From Basidiobolus meristosporus CBS 931.73 (Eukaryota > Fungi > Basidiobolomycota): a stretch of 64,000 nt of DNA. The notes below the pieces were generated by a model, which was not told the origin of the DNA, did no database searches, and saw nothing but the letters and a program-made list of their open reading frames with translations. This document shows, in pieces, positions 1 through 11,597 of this stretch (the first letter of the stretch is position 1; the number at the start of each line of letters is the position of its first letter). The stretch lies in NCBI GenBank assembly GCA_002104905.1, contig MCFE01000008.1, forward strand, positions 186,001 through 250,000, given 5' to 3'. A program made the translations under genes and the position numbers.

Positions 1-846
1 TTCTGGTTAAGAATGGTATCGAGGGCAACGGCGGTTTTACCAGTTTGACGATCACCAATGATCAACTCACGTTGACCACGACCAATGGGAAGCATAGAGT
101 CAATAGACTTCATACCGGTTTGCATAGGCTCGTGAACAGATTGACGAGGAATAATACCGGGGGCCTTGACTTGGACACGTTGACGGGTGGCTCCTGGGAT
201 AGGACCCTTTCCATCAATGGGGTTACCGAGGGCGTCAACGACACGGCCAAGCAATCCTTCACCGGTGGGAACATCGACAATGTTACCAGTACGCTTAACA
301 GTATCACCTTCCTTGATCAAACGATCGTTACCGAAGACGACGATACCGACGTTATCAGGTTCCAAGTTAAGGGCCATACCCTGGACACCAGAAGAGAACT
401 CCACCATCTCTTCGGCTTGGACGTTCTTGAGGCCATAAACACGAGCGATACCATCACCAACGGAGAGGACGCGGCCAGTTTCATTTATATCAGAGGAGTC
501 GGACAAACCAAGGATACGTTCTTCGAGGATAGAGGAGACCTCAGAAGTGGCTGTTGAATATGAAATCGTCAGTTATCACGTCTTTGTAAATATAATATAT
601 ATGCAAAGGCAAGTGAGCACATACTAGGCTTGGCTCCAGCGGACATCATAGAGCTGGAAGAGAACAATCTGGCGGTCATAGAAAGAGCACCAACATTGTG
701 GCGAGCCTACATATTGCGCAGGATTAGCCTGAGGAAATTCGGGAAACACATCAACAACAAGATAGCTGTGCGCTACTTACAATAGAGGCAGCGTTACGAG
801 CAAGAGTTTGACGAGCAGCCACACGAAGTAAAGTGTTTCTAATCAT
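1..846 (-). CDS. ATP1: Mitochondrial F1 ATP synthase alpha subunit, 5' part (runs off the window start); presequence on two small exons
   Basis: Spliced translation [72 protein letters not shown] (Walker A); two GT-AG introns; ATG at 844-846. Confidence 0.97.
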
Positions 847-1302
847 TTTTACCTAACCAAAGGAAAGTGAAAACGAGGAAATTAAACCAACGGGACAAGG
901 TTAAGTGGTCAATTCGCAACTATAATGTGGGGCAGAAATTTTTATAGAGGTACTGAGCCTATACACCAATTCCCCATCTACTGGCCATTCGCTTACCCTT
1001 GATCTCACCAAGTCTTTTTGCAGGTCTACCTTGATTGGTCATTTTATCCCCACCATTGAAGCATCCTTATGGGGCTTTTCAGCTACCTGAATTTCAAATG
1101 ATACACAAATCATTCATTGCGGAGGAAACCCTGATAATTTGAATGCGCCATACAAAAGCGAATAGAGTAATACTCCGTGTTCCCAATATACCTCCAGCAA
1201 ATCGAGAAAAGCCACAAAATAAATATATTTTTGGTTGAAACAGCTTTGGTTTATTTATTTAAATGCTATAATGCTTCAATGGTGCGAGTCACCACTAGAG
1301 GC

Positions 1303-2333
1303 TTATTCCTTGACCTCACCACAGTCAGTGATTTCGATCTTGTTCTAATCGGAACAACGTGAGTAATGTGCCCTATCCACTCACTATCAAGGATGAAGTA
1401 TATACCTTGGTAGCTCCGGAGGCGGATCCTTCAGCTTCAATCTTGACCAAAGTCTCATTACCTTCGCTCAATTGCCCGAAAACTAACACGAAAGGGTTTT
1501 AGAGCGTGAGGATTCGAGATCTGCATCGAGATACTAACCAACGTGGTTTCCATTGAGCCATGGGGTGTCTTGGAAGCAAATGAAAAATTGACTTCCGTTG
1601 GTGTTCTAATGAGCAATTCCCATGATGTCAGTATACACGGCTAACAGGTCCATTTTTTGCTAGAGATTAGAAGTGTAATACTTACTTTACCAGCATTGGC
1701 CATACTCAAAATGCCCTACAATTAAATATATATAATTAGATACAACATGCACCAACAAATTTGCTAGAGAACTGGATAGTAACTCTGCCGGTGTGCTTGA
1801 GAGTGAAGTTTTCGCTAACAACCCAAAGAGAATGGTTTTAGTAAAGTCGGGATATAGTAAACAGTATTAAACGCGAAACATACTCGGCGAATTTGTTGCC
1901 GTAGATGGATTCACCACCACGACCATCACCGCGGGTGAAATCTTGGATAATAGTGAGCGAATGAAAATTCTTACGACTTCCTTGTACTCTACTTACCACC
2001 GCCTTGAGCCATGAAACCGGGAATCACGCGATGGCTAAATTCTATTTTTTAGCAAGCAATTCAAGAAGCACTTGTAACATTATCAATAAGCTTACAAAAT
2101 GCTATTCTTGAAGTGAAGTGGAACACCAGAGAGTCCCTTTCCCTTTTCGCCAGTGCTAAATATTGAAGTAAGCCCGGTTAGAAATATATGATGGTTACAT
2201 AAAAAAAGAACCATTACCAAAGGGCTCTGAAGTTTTCGGCGGTCTTGGGGACGGTATCAGAAAATAGCTTGAAGACCATACGGCCGGCTGGCTTGCCAGC
2301 AATGGCAACATCCATGAAGACTTTAGGGTTCAT
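1303..2333 (-). CDS. CPR1: Single-domain cyclophilin (PPIase), 9 exons, divergent-loop type
   Basis: Exons give [106 protein letters not shown]; 8 GT-AG introns keep frame. Confidence 0.95.
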
Positions 2334-2390
2334 TTTTGGTTAATTCGACTTGAGTGCAGAGATAGCGTCAAGATGTGGAAGCATTAAGCG

Positions 2391-2400
2391 TGAAATTTTT
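2391..2400. promoter_or_regulatory. RRPE-like element TGAAATTTTT in the divergent cyclophilin/MRPL19 promoter
   Basis: Resembles yeast RRPE (TGAAAAWTTT); lies in the ~370 bp head-to-head intergenic region. Function is inferred only. Confidence 0.3.
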
Positions 2401-2705
2401 ATACGCCAAAAATTGTTTAATCCATGCTAATTCGATTGGGCCGGTATTCTTGTAACTATACAAGCCCCAATGCTCATGATCCAGAGTGTACGAATCGTTA
2501 CTATTCCATTGTTGGAGGATAATTGGAATTTATCCCGTATTACGGAAGTCGATTATTCAAATTAATGGGGGTTTCGAAGAAGAATGTTGTATAATTTTCG
2601 ATCAGAATTTTAGGGTGATGGGTAGAGGAAATTTTTGCTTTTTCATGATAGCTATTGCTAATTTCTCGGTGGTCTGCTCCATTGTTCTATTTACACAAGT
2701 CAGAT

Positions 2706-3415
2706 ATGTTTCTTGCTAGCAGCCTGGGCAATTCCTTGAGAAAGTCGTTCCAAACAGTTGCTACGCGTAGCTTCAGTAACACTCGCTCCGCTTTTGGTAA
2801 GTTACATTCTTTTCTAATACCCTGTGCTTTAAATTCGTGCGCACCTTTCACCTTTTTAGTCGTCCTTCATGTATTATCCACTTTAGAGTATAAATGTTGT
2901 CTTGCCAATAATGAAATTAACCAATCATTTTAGGTCTTGCAAAATACGAGGTCCCTGAACATGTTATTGTACCAGAGAGACAGTTTCAGGCTCCTTCTTT
3001 GAAGGGAAATAATATCATGGAGGTGATCAAACGCGAGGGAGTTGAACGTGCCGACATTGATAAACGTTCCCGTATGTTCCGTGCTAATGGAAAGGATCGT
3101 GTTCGCCCAGGATCTGTACTTTTAGTAGAAACCTACAACGCCAAATCCAAAGATGCAGTTTCGTCGTTCATGGGTGTTTTGATTGCTATTCGTCGCAAAG
3201 GCATCGATTCCTCCATTACTCTTCGTAACATTATTTTGAAGGTCGGAGTCGAACAAAGATTCTCCATCTACTCACCACTTGTCAAGTCCATTCAAGTGCT
3301 GAAGGAGGGTGAAGGCTTCAGAAGAGCCAAGCTATACTATCTCAGAAACCAGCCTGGAAAGGCCTTCAAACTCAAGGGTCTCAGAAGAAGAAGCACAGAA
3401 CGTTTGGGCAACTAA
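2706..3415 (+). CDS. MRPL19: Mitochondrial large-subunit ribosomal protein bL19m
   Basis: Presequence-like exon 1 (MFLASSLGNSLRKSFQTVATRSFS), one intron, then RPGSVLLVET..FMGVLIAIRRKGIDSSITLRN..GVEQRFSIYSP..RRAKLYYLR (L19 family). Confidence 0.9.
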
Positions 3416-4277
3416 ACTATTTAGACTAGTGTTGTTACCTCCAATCAGTAGTCAAATGCATCATTTTTCTTTAAGTTAGTGGGATTTAACCGCAAGCATT
3501 ATCATGTATTCTTGTTTGATAGACCCTCCATCGTCGAAGCGAAGTACTTGATTCCATCCTTTCATTTATTTTAGAAACATTTCAACTCATTAAACCGTAA
3601 ACTGGCAGATTGCGATGAATTCATTTTGCATGTTTTTCGAAATTCATTCATGTGGAGCACTATGCTCGGCAGGAACATCCACATGCTTACCAGATGTATG
3701 AATTGCTCATCAAAGTATTGGCTTGTGGTCTCCAAAAGCTGGATACCTCTTCGAAGGTTAATATATGCTAAACCGCATATAGATAACAGGCCCTCCTCTA
3801 AAGATGACCCATTTATGCTTTTCTGATACTGGCTTCCGTTTTCGTGACAAACAAATGAGATCATTTTCTGGTGCTGATACTAAATACGTATGCTTCATAG
3901 TGACCGCTATATATTATAAAATAAGAAAAGCAATTTTTCGAAGACATGATGTACGTTTATGAATACAAATTTACTTTTTAATTAAGTTGAGAGGGGGTTT
4001 CTGCCTAGTTTAGCTAATTTGGTCTCTAGACTAAATCAACCCCGAATCTAGGTGGCAGAAATACATCATGATCATTCGTTGTGTAAGGTATTACTTCGCT
4101 AGAGGTTTGCGTTTGCATCGATTATTGAGATTAATGCCCAGTGATTTTTTACTGAATTCTCCTAATAAGTTTCTAACTACTTCCTAATACAGGGCTAACA
4201 ACGTTCTTTACACTGTTAAGAGATCTCTTTGCTTCGTTTATCTTAGTTTTTGTTTCTTTGTACATCTCTAATTGAAT

Positions 4278-6235
4278 ATGACTGACAATGATGGTGGATG
4301 GAGATTTGCTCAATGCTTTGGCGACAAAGGGGAGGTTGAGGATATTGCTGAAGGTAAATGTTCGCTTTTGACTCTTTAATTAAGCATATGCCCCTTGCCT
4401 TGGTTCTTCATGGTATTGATAGAGTTTCCTTTCCGGTATTTTTATGCTGGCAATTTTTGGATGGGCTTTCTTGTTGTCTTGGTTCATCCTGGATGGCTTG
4501 GTTGTTAGAGATAATAATATGCTTTTCCTTTATCTAGTTGATATTATTTCAACAGTGGAATTTGACCACACCGGTAACTATCTTGCCACTGGTGATAGAG
4601 GAGGCAGGGTAGTGCTGTTTGAACGAAACGATGGCGTAAACTTGCTTTCCCTTATCTTTTCTGGTCCTTTTCAAAGACTAAACAATTATCTACACACAGA
4701 AAAAAGGCTGCGAGTACAAATTCCACACAGAGTTCCAATCCCACGAGCCTGAGTTTGACTACTTGAAAAGTTTGGAAATCGAGGAAAGGATTAATAAAAT
4801 CAGGTGGTGTAAGCGTCAAAACTCTGCCCATTTTCTGCTATCCACAAATGGTATAGTTGCCTTTACTAATATTTTAATGGCAAATCGCATAATGCCGGCA
4901 AGATACAAACACTAGTATGTATCATTAATTCCATACCTATGCAGATAAAACCATCAAACTGTGGAAGGTCTTCGAGAAGTCCCTGAAAGTTGTCTCCGAA
5001 AGAAATGTTTCTCACGGCATGAGCCGCCCTCTTTTAAACACCAGCTCCCTGAAGCTTCCTAAACTAACCCATCACGATACGATCGTTGCCGCTGTACCTC
5101 GGAAAATATATTCCAATGCGCATGCTTATCATATCAATTCTATTTCCATGAACTCCGACGGCGAGACCTATCTCTCAGGCGATGATCTCAGAATCAATTT
5201 GTGGAATTTAGATATCAGCGATCAGAGCTTCAGTATCCTTTTTCGTGATGAGCGACTAACCTCCAGCGTTGGTTGTATTAGAGTATCCTTAACCAACTTT
5301 TCGAGATATTGTTGATATCAAGCCAGCTAATATGGAAGAATTGACCGAAGTCATCACTGCTTCCGAGTTCCATCCTACTCATTGTAACATGTTTATGTAC
5401 AGTAGCAGCAAAGGTACCATCAAGCTTTGCGATATGCGTGAAGCTGCTCTGTGCGATCGTTATGCGAAAAGTAAGGAGCTCTTGATAAATGACTAGACAT
5501 GTGACCGTATCCTAACCAGTTTCTACTCCCATTGCCTAGTGTTTGAAGAGGAGGAGGATCCAAGCAGTAGATCGTTTTTCTCCGAAATTATCTCCTCAAT
5601 CTCGGATGTCAAATTCAGCGCGGATGGCCGTTATATACTATCTCGTGACTATCTCACCTTGAAGATTTGGGACATCAATATGGACAGTAAGCCAGTAGAA
5701 ACCATCAATGTTCATGATTATCTTCGTAGCAAGCTTTGTGATCTCTATGAGAATGATTGCATCTTCGACAAATTTGAATGCAACATTAGCGGTGATGGAG
5801 GGTATCCTTTTAAAGTGATTCAAAGCTATGAGGGAATATCCCAACTACATCAAAGTCTTTTTACGTCCTTGATTCATGCATTTTCAATAGTTCCATTCTC
5901 ACTGGCTCCTACAGCAATTACTTCCACATATTTGATGTGAACAACAAGAGCGAAGTAACTTTGCAAGCCGACAAGAGTGCCTTCAAAGCAAAGAGAATTG
6001 GCTCCACCAAGAACAAACTATCCTTCGGACGCTCTAGTAAAAATGGCAAAAAGGAGATTAACCCTGATTTCATGGAGTTCAACAAGAAGATTCTCCACAC
6101 CTCCTGGCATCCTAGAGAAAATACCATTGCGGTAGCAGCAACCAACAATCTCTTTATTTTCTCGTAAGTCATTCCAGTAGCCTGTTTATGTTGTCTGGGT
6201 TAACTCATATCGACCATCGCAGACAAACACACTAA
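4278..6235 (+). CDS. CDC55: PP2A regulatory subunit B (B55 family), WD40
   Basis: [125 protein letters not shown]; all splice phases consistent. Confidence 0.97.
5233..5305 (+). other. U12-type (minor spliceosome) GT-AG intron in CDC55
   Basis: Donor GTATCCTTT; branch TCCTTAAC at 5286-5293, about 13 nt from the acceptor; removal restores SF/NIVDIKP. Confidence 0.88.
5802..5890 (+). other. Second U12-type GT-AG intron in CDC55
   Basis: Donor GTATCCTTT; branch TCCTTGAT at 5866-5873; removal restores SGDG/GSILTGSY. Confidence 0.8.
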
Positions 6236-6734
6236 TCGACCAGCAGAAGACTCGGCTCCGGGCGTTATACATAATAGCCTCTTTCATAAACCATGCCAGT
6301 AATTTCTCTTGATGCGCATGCTTAAATTCTTACTTCATGCTAGGATTTGATACTTCATAGAACTGAAGTCCTAACATCGTTCAAATTCTCACATATACTC
6401 ACCCACACAAAATCTGTAAATGTTGAATTTCATACTAAATTTCAACGATATATCTTGCAAGACAATACAAAATTCTCTCCAAACCTAGACAGTGATGTTA
6501 AATGACAGTCCGACATACGTACAGCCAGCCCTCATTGCATAATTGTGATTAGTATTGGGTGTTGATGTCATTCCATATTCTGTACAATCTAATACTGGGT
6601 AGTGGGTCATTTTTTGAGCTGGCCATAGTAGGCTGATCCAATCAATCCAAAATTCTGAATGATTTTCAAAATTTCGTTTTCACAACATTTATAGATTTCA
6701 TATTACAATTGGGCCTTGGAATCTTTTGATACCT

Positions 6735-9545
6735 ATGTCGAACAGCGCGTCTGGAAAATACATGGAAGAAGACGATCTAGACGATTTCCTGTACGGGGAT
6801 TCTGCCAAGGGTACAATCACCGGTAAGACATATCCTACAAACATGGAGGTCTCGCTTCGACTCCTTTCGCAGTATAAGTATTAATCGTTTTTGTTCGTAG
6901 GATCTGGCCAAAATCAGAACAACGGTTTGTAGTTTTTCCATTTGGTTTGTTTCTCTTCTGGTTCTTGGCAATCAATTCTTTTCTCTGTACACTTTTTGGC
7001 GTTTTCGACCGTCCTACAGAACTCGTAAATAAACTCATGGTTTTTTTTAATACACTCAAATAGAGGACGATTATTATGAACTATATGGTGGCAAAGAAGA
7101 TGCAAGGTTGGATTCGTATTTCATACTCATATTCATACTTTCTACGTTACTAATATTAATTTTTCGTGTCACTCTTGATGACCCTCCTCAAATATTGTCC
7201 ATATTTCGCGTACAAAGTGTAAATACGTTGCCAGGAGACGAGCAGCATAAAATTGATATAGATAATAACGTCGTAGATGATGACGTCGATTATGGTGATG
7301 ATGCTGAGGAAGAAAACCAGGACGCTACAAAGAATGAAGAAGAGGAGGACAACAACGATGAGGAGGAAGATGATGACAATGACGAAGACAGTGATTCAGT
7401 TAGTAGAGCTTACCCTATTGACCTGCTTTGAAAGTACATCCCCTAACCCTCGATTAGGATATCGAGTTTGTGACAGAGATGCCCGAGGATGAAAACCATG
7501 ATGGCGAAGGAAGGTGGGTGATGTTTCTATATTTTGATGAACAGAAGCGCCTCGAGCATGAAAATTTATAAATTTCTACTCTCAGGCGCAACTCTCTTGT
7601 AAACATCAAGCCCAATCAATACCAGAAAAATGCCAACTCCTCCGCCACCAACCAAGGTAATTGTGTTTATTGTAAAGGTTCTCAAAGACCTGTGTGATTT
7701 ATCGTTGATGTTGGTCTAGATGGAACGCAGCAGGCCACTGCAGCAAATCGACCAGGGGGTATCGACCTCAATGCTGTTGGTGAAATAGAAGGACAGAGTA
7801 TATTTGAAGTGGACCTTGATTCATTCGAAGATAAACCTTGGAGGAAACCAGGTATGCTCCAAAAGCTAGGGAAATTGTGGGCCTGAGAATTAACACTTCG
7901 GCGATACCCCAGGTGCTGATCTTACCGATTACTTCAACTATGGCTTTAATGAGTACACCTGGAGGCTTTATTGCTCAAAGCAAAAGCAGATGCGTGAAGA
8001 TCAATTCCTACGAAAGAGAATCAATGTATGGTTGTGAGACTATTCACACCACTTGGCATTTAGCTTACATCTTTGCTTATCGAAAGGTATATGAGTCGAA
8101 ACCGGATATGATGGGCGAGATGCCACCAGATATGCCGCCCTTTGGTCCTCCTATGTTCGACATGCCACCTCACGGGCCTGGTCCATTTAGGTTCCCGCCA
8201 TCACCCGCTCAAAGAATGAGTAAATGTTGTAATTTAATATTAGCTCGACTGGTAGTCTTACTCTTCTAAATTCATTAGTGCGCAGACCTGGAGAGCCAGA
8301 GGAATCCTCCGCTATTCAGGTGGTATCAAGCGACCGAGAGAATATGGGTGAAAAGTAAGCCTACTCGAATTACATCAGTTCATGACAAATACTAATTCCC
8401 TTGAAGCGAAATGCCGGGTCGTATGCGACCAGATTTCATGAACCCAGAACGCTTTCCAAATAACTTCCCAGTACCACCACCAATGCCTATGGGAATGTTT
8501 CCTCCGGTAAGCATTGCCTTGTTGGTATTTCCTATGCTTGTATTGAACGAATTTGGAATGTATAGGATATGGTTCCGCCTGGCGCAATGCCTCCATCATT
8601 GTTCATGGGAGGACCGGACATGGGTCCTCCAGGCCCATTAGTGTACGATCCAGGCTTCCGGGGTGGTAGAGGTCGAGGTATGATTCGTCCCAACCAGCCC
8701 ATGATCAGAGGAACTCTTCGAGGAAGAGGACGAGGGAACATGTCACCCAAAGACGAGAAATTATCAAACTCGAATGAGGAGCATCACTGTTAGTTACCCC
8801 ACTATATGCGCGAGTAATGCTATTTTCAGACTTTAATCTTCTATGTACTAGCGCGTGAGGGCGAAATGAACAACAACCCTAACATGAGCAACAAGATGCC
8901 CGGGATGAACAGAGGTCCTGGTGGGCCTCACAACCCGGGTATGATGCGAGAGCGCAATGCCCCACCCTCAGGACGTTCCGGAGGATTCGAGTCCAACGAC
9001 TCCACTGGTGGTGATGGCCGTAGAAGGCACGTATCAATAATACGGAAATCAGATTGGCCCATACATTTAACAAATCTTCGCTCATCACAGCTCTCAAGCC
9101 TCGGATAGAACGGCCGATCACGGGGATGATGATAGACACGATAAACATTTCAAAGACGATAGAGAGCGAAACCGGGACCGTGATCGCTCTGATCGTCACC
9201 GCGACAAATCAAGCCGTGACAAAGATTCAAAAGTAAAGCGCACTCTGTAAAATCCATGCTAACTATATCTGACGCGAGTGTGGACAATTTTTAGGATCGG
9301 TGGTCCAAACGGGACGACAGTCGCTCCAAAGACAATACCCGGGATAGCGGAAGAGATAGCAGAGATAACGATCGCGATAGACACGACGACCGCGGCTCAC
9401 GAGACAGGTAGGCTATATTAGGAGGCCAGTGGCGATTTACAATGGTGGACTAACTTGCCTCAGCAAATCAAATAGAAAACGAGCTTATGATTCAAGAGAC
9501 GACGATGATGGTCATCGCCGCTCGTCTTCGAAGAGAAGGCATTAA
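6735..9545 (+). CDS. FIP1: Pre-mRNA 3'-end processing factor Fip1 (multi-exon; acidic N-terminus, Fip1 motif, Pro/Met-rich and RD-rich tail)
   Basis: [41 protein letters not shown] is the Fip1 signature; C-terminal DRDR repeats; one junction needs a GC donor (9027). Confidence 0.93.
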
Positions 9546-9965
9546 GTCCAGTGCGTCTCGATAATATATATCAATCTCTATTTTATTTTGGAAAACCCCA
9601 AATCATATTTTGTACATCTTGGTAAACAAGGCCAATGCCGCATAACGAAATCCATAGCATGGTGTTTCCAATCGAAGGAGTGATCCCGTGATAACTCATA
9701 TATTTGCTACCTTTTTGAACATGCCGTGGTTTCGTTGCTGTTTTTAGATGTTTATGAATTCAATGTATTCACGCTTGATTATAAAATGCTAATCACCGGA
9801 GACTTGAGCTATACAGCGAGCGATGTGTCACGAATGGACTAGTGATATATGCTAAACCTCTACAGCATCATGTGCACTCGTATCGAGGGAAAGTATTAAT
9901 TGCTGGACACAACTGCATAGATCACTAATGGATCCAGGTGCAGACATACTTGATTTTGAATGGAG

Positions 9966-10034
9966 CATGGTAATAATGATACAGTGCTGTATGTGACATG
10001 GTAATAATGATACAATGCTGTATGTGACATGGTA
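9966..10034. repeat. 31-bp tandem duplication (2 copies plus 7 bp)
   Basis: catggtaataatgatacagtgctgtatgtga / catggtaataatgatacaatgctgtatgtga / catggta; one mismatch. Confidence 0.9.
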
Positions 10035-11597
10035 TCAGGAGGTGGAATCTTGTCAAGCAGCAGCTCATGATTTTCATCAAAACTCAGCCACATCACTGCA
10101 CAACGATCGCTGAGAGTTCGAGCATGATTGGCCAACCTGAACTAGCGCCAGTACGTAACCAGTTTCCCCCTGCTCACTCCAACAAATTGATGTGGATGGG
10201 TCAGGGACATGGAGCAGCTGCCCGTATACATAACAGTAGTTGAAAATCAAGCCAAGAATATTATGCGATTAACTTCATTGATGATTCTGGCTCCAGACCC
10301 TCAACCCCATATTCACCAATTGCACATTCACGCATCTCTAAAAAAGTCTCCTCCGTTACTGGTTCTGTCGTTCGGCAGACGAACGCAGCGTGGTGCATCT
10401 TAATTTATCAGCGAATTTCAACTTGGGACCTTCGACATTACTACCTTCACCTTCGCGGGAATTAGCATTGTTTTCCAAAATACGCGCATTTACATATTTG
10501 ACGATGAGTTGCCTAATTTGTGGGACCATCGATAATGCGACGATGTTCTCGCTTGAGAGATTTTAGGTTACCGATAAGCCATTTATACTTTTATAAAACA
10601 CCGCTTGTGAAAATAGGAAGTAGGTAATCCATTGTGCCATGCCAAACAACGCTGCTAACCAACCATCTTGCCCGCTAGATTCAAAGCTAAGGTGGAACAA
10701 AAGGCGAGGACGGCATCTGTATGATAGATTGCGAGCTGTGCTTATGGATAAGGATATTCTAATTATGGCCTCATGGCTAGGAGAATTCGGCACAGCAAAA
10801 AAACCAGTTCCAGATCCTTCAAAATACCCAGGTTATCCAGTTAAGCAGGCGAGGGGAAAATTTTCCATGGGATTCCTAAACCGGTCGCCATGAACATGAT
10901 TGCTTTTCCATGGAAATAGATAGCAAGCAATAAGAATTTTACCATCATCCGAATTCGCCTCGAGGTCTAGAAATATTACCCAGTTCTAGCCTGCTCCGTA
11001 GATCCCAGACCGCCCGCCATTGGCTCAATCATTTTTTGAATTTTACTCGAAACGTCACCCACCCAGAGAATACTCATCGCTTTATGCTATAGTGAGCGAT
11101 CCAGAGAATACCACCAATGCTGTCTGGGCCAATGGCTCACAGTGGGATGAACTCAATCCTTCTTCCATCGTGGCATCCATTGGCCAGATCCCCGGCTGTG
11201 TCACCCGTTACGCCTACATGATTATCTGAGGGGAAGATTAAGCGGCAGTTAAACATGATCTATCCAAAATCCACGTTGGGTTCGGCTGACGATATTCCTA
11301 AATTGCTTTTGCTAGATCCAGGAATTGCGAACGAGAATCGGCGAATCCGATGATAATGAATCGATTCATTGGATTGACAGGCCCATGTGTTGGATCTGGG
11401 TGAATCCGGGACTGGCTACTGCGATGTATTGACCAAACAATATCGAGCTTATCAGATTTCCTAATCAGTCCATCATGGGCCTATATTTATATGAGACCTC
11501 TTGCCCTCGACACGTAACCAATTCCTGTTGCTTTTTCTCTCTCCAGCTCGTTCTCTAGTTATCTTTGTTTAATTAGAGGGAATTATTGGTTATAGAA

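Noticed and set aside
4444-4537. Signal-peptide-like alternative N-terminus of CDC55
   Set aside because: It lies in T-rich intron 1; the real exon 1 ([10 protein letters not shown]) is conserved and splices in frame.
9966-10034. CRISPR-like array
   Set aside because: Contiguous tandem copies with no spacers, in a eukaryotic locus.
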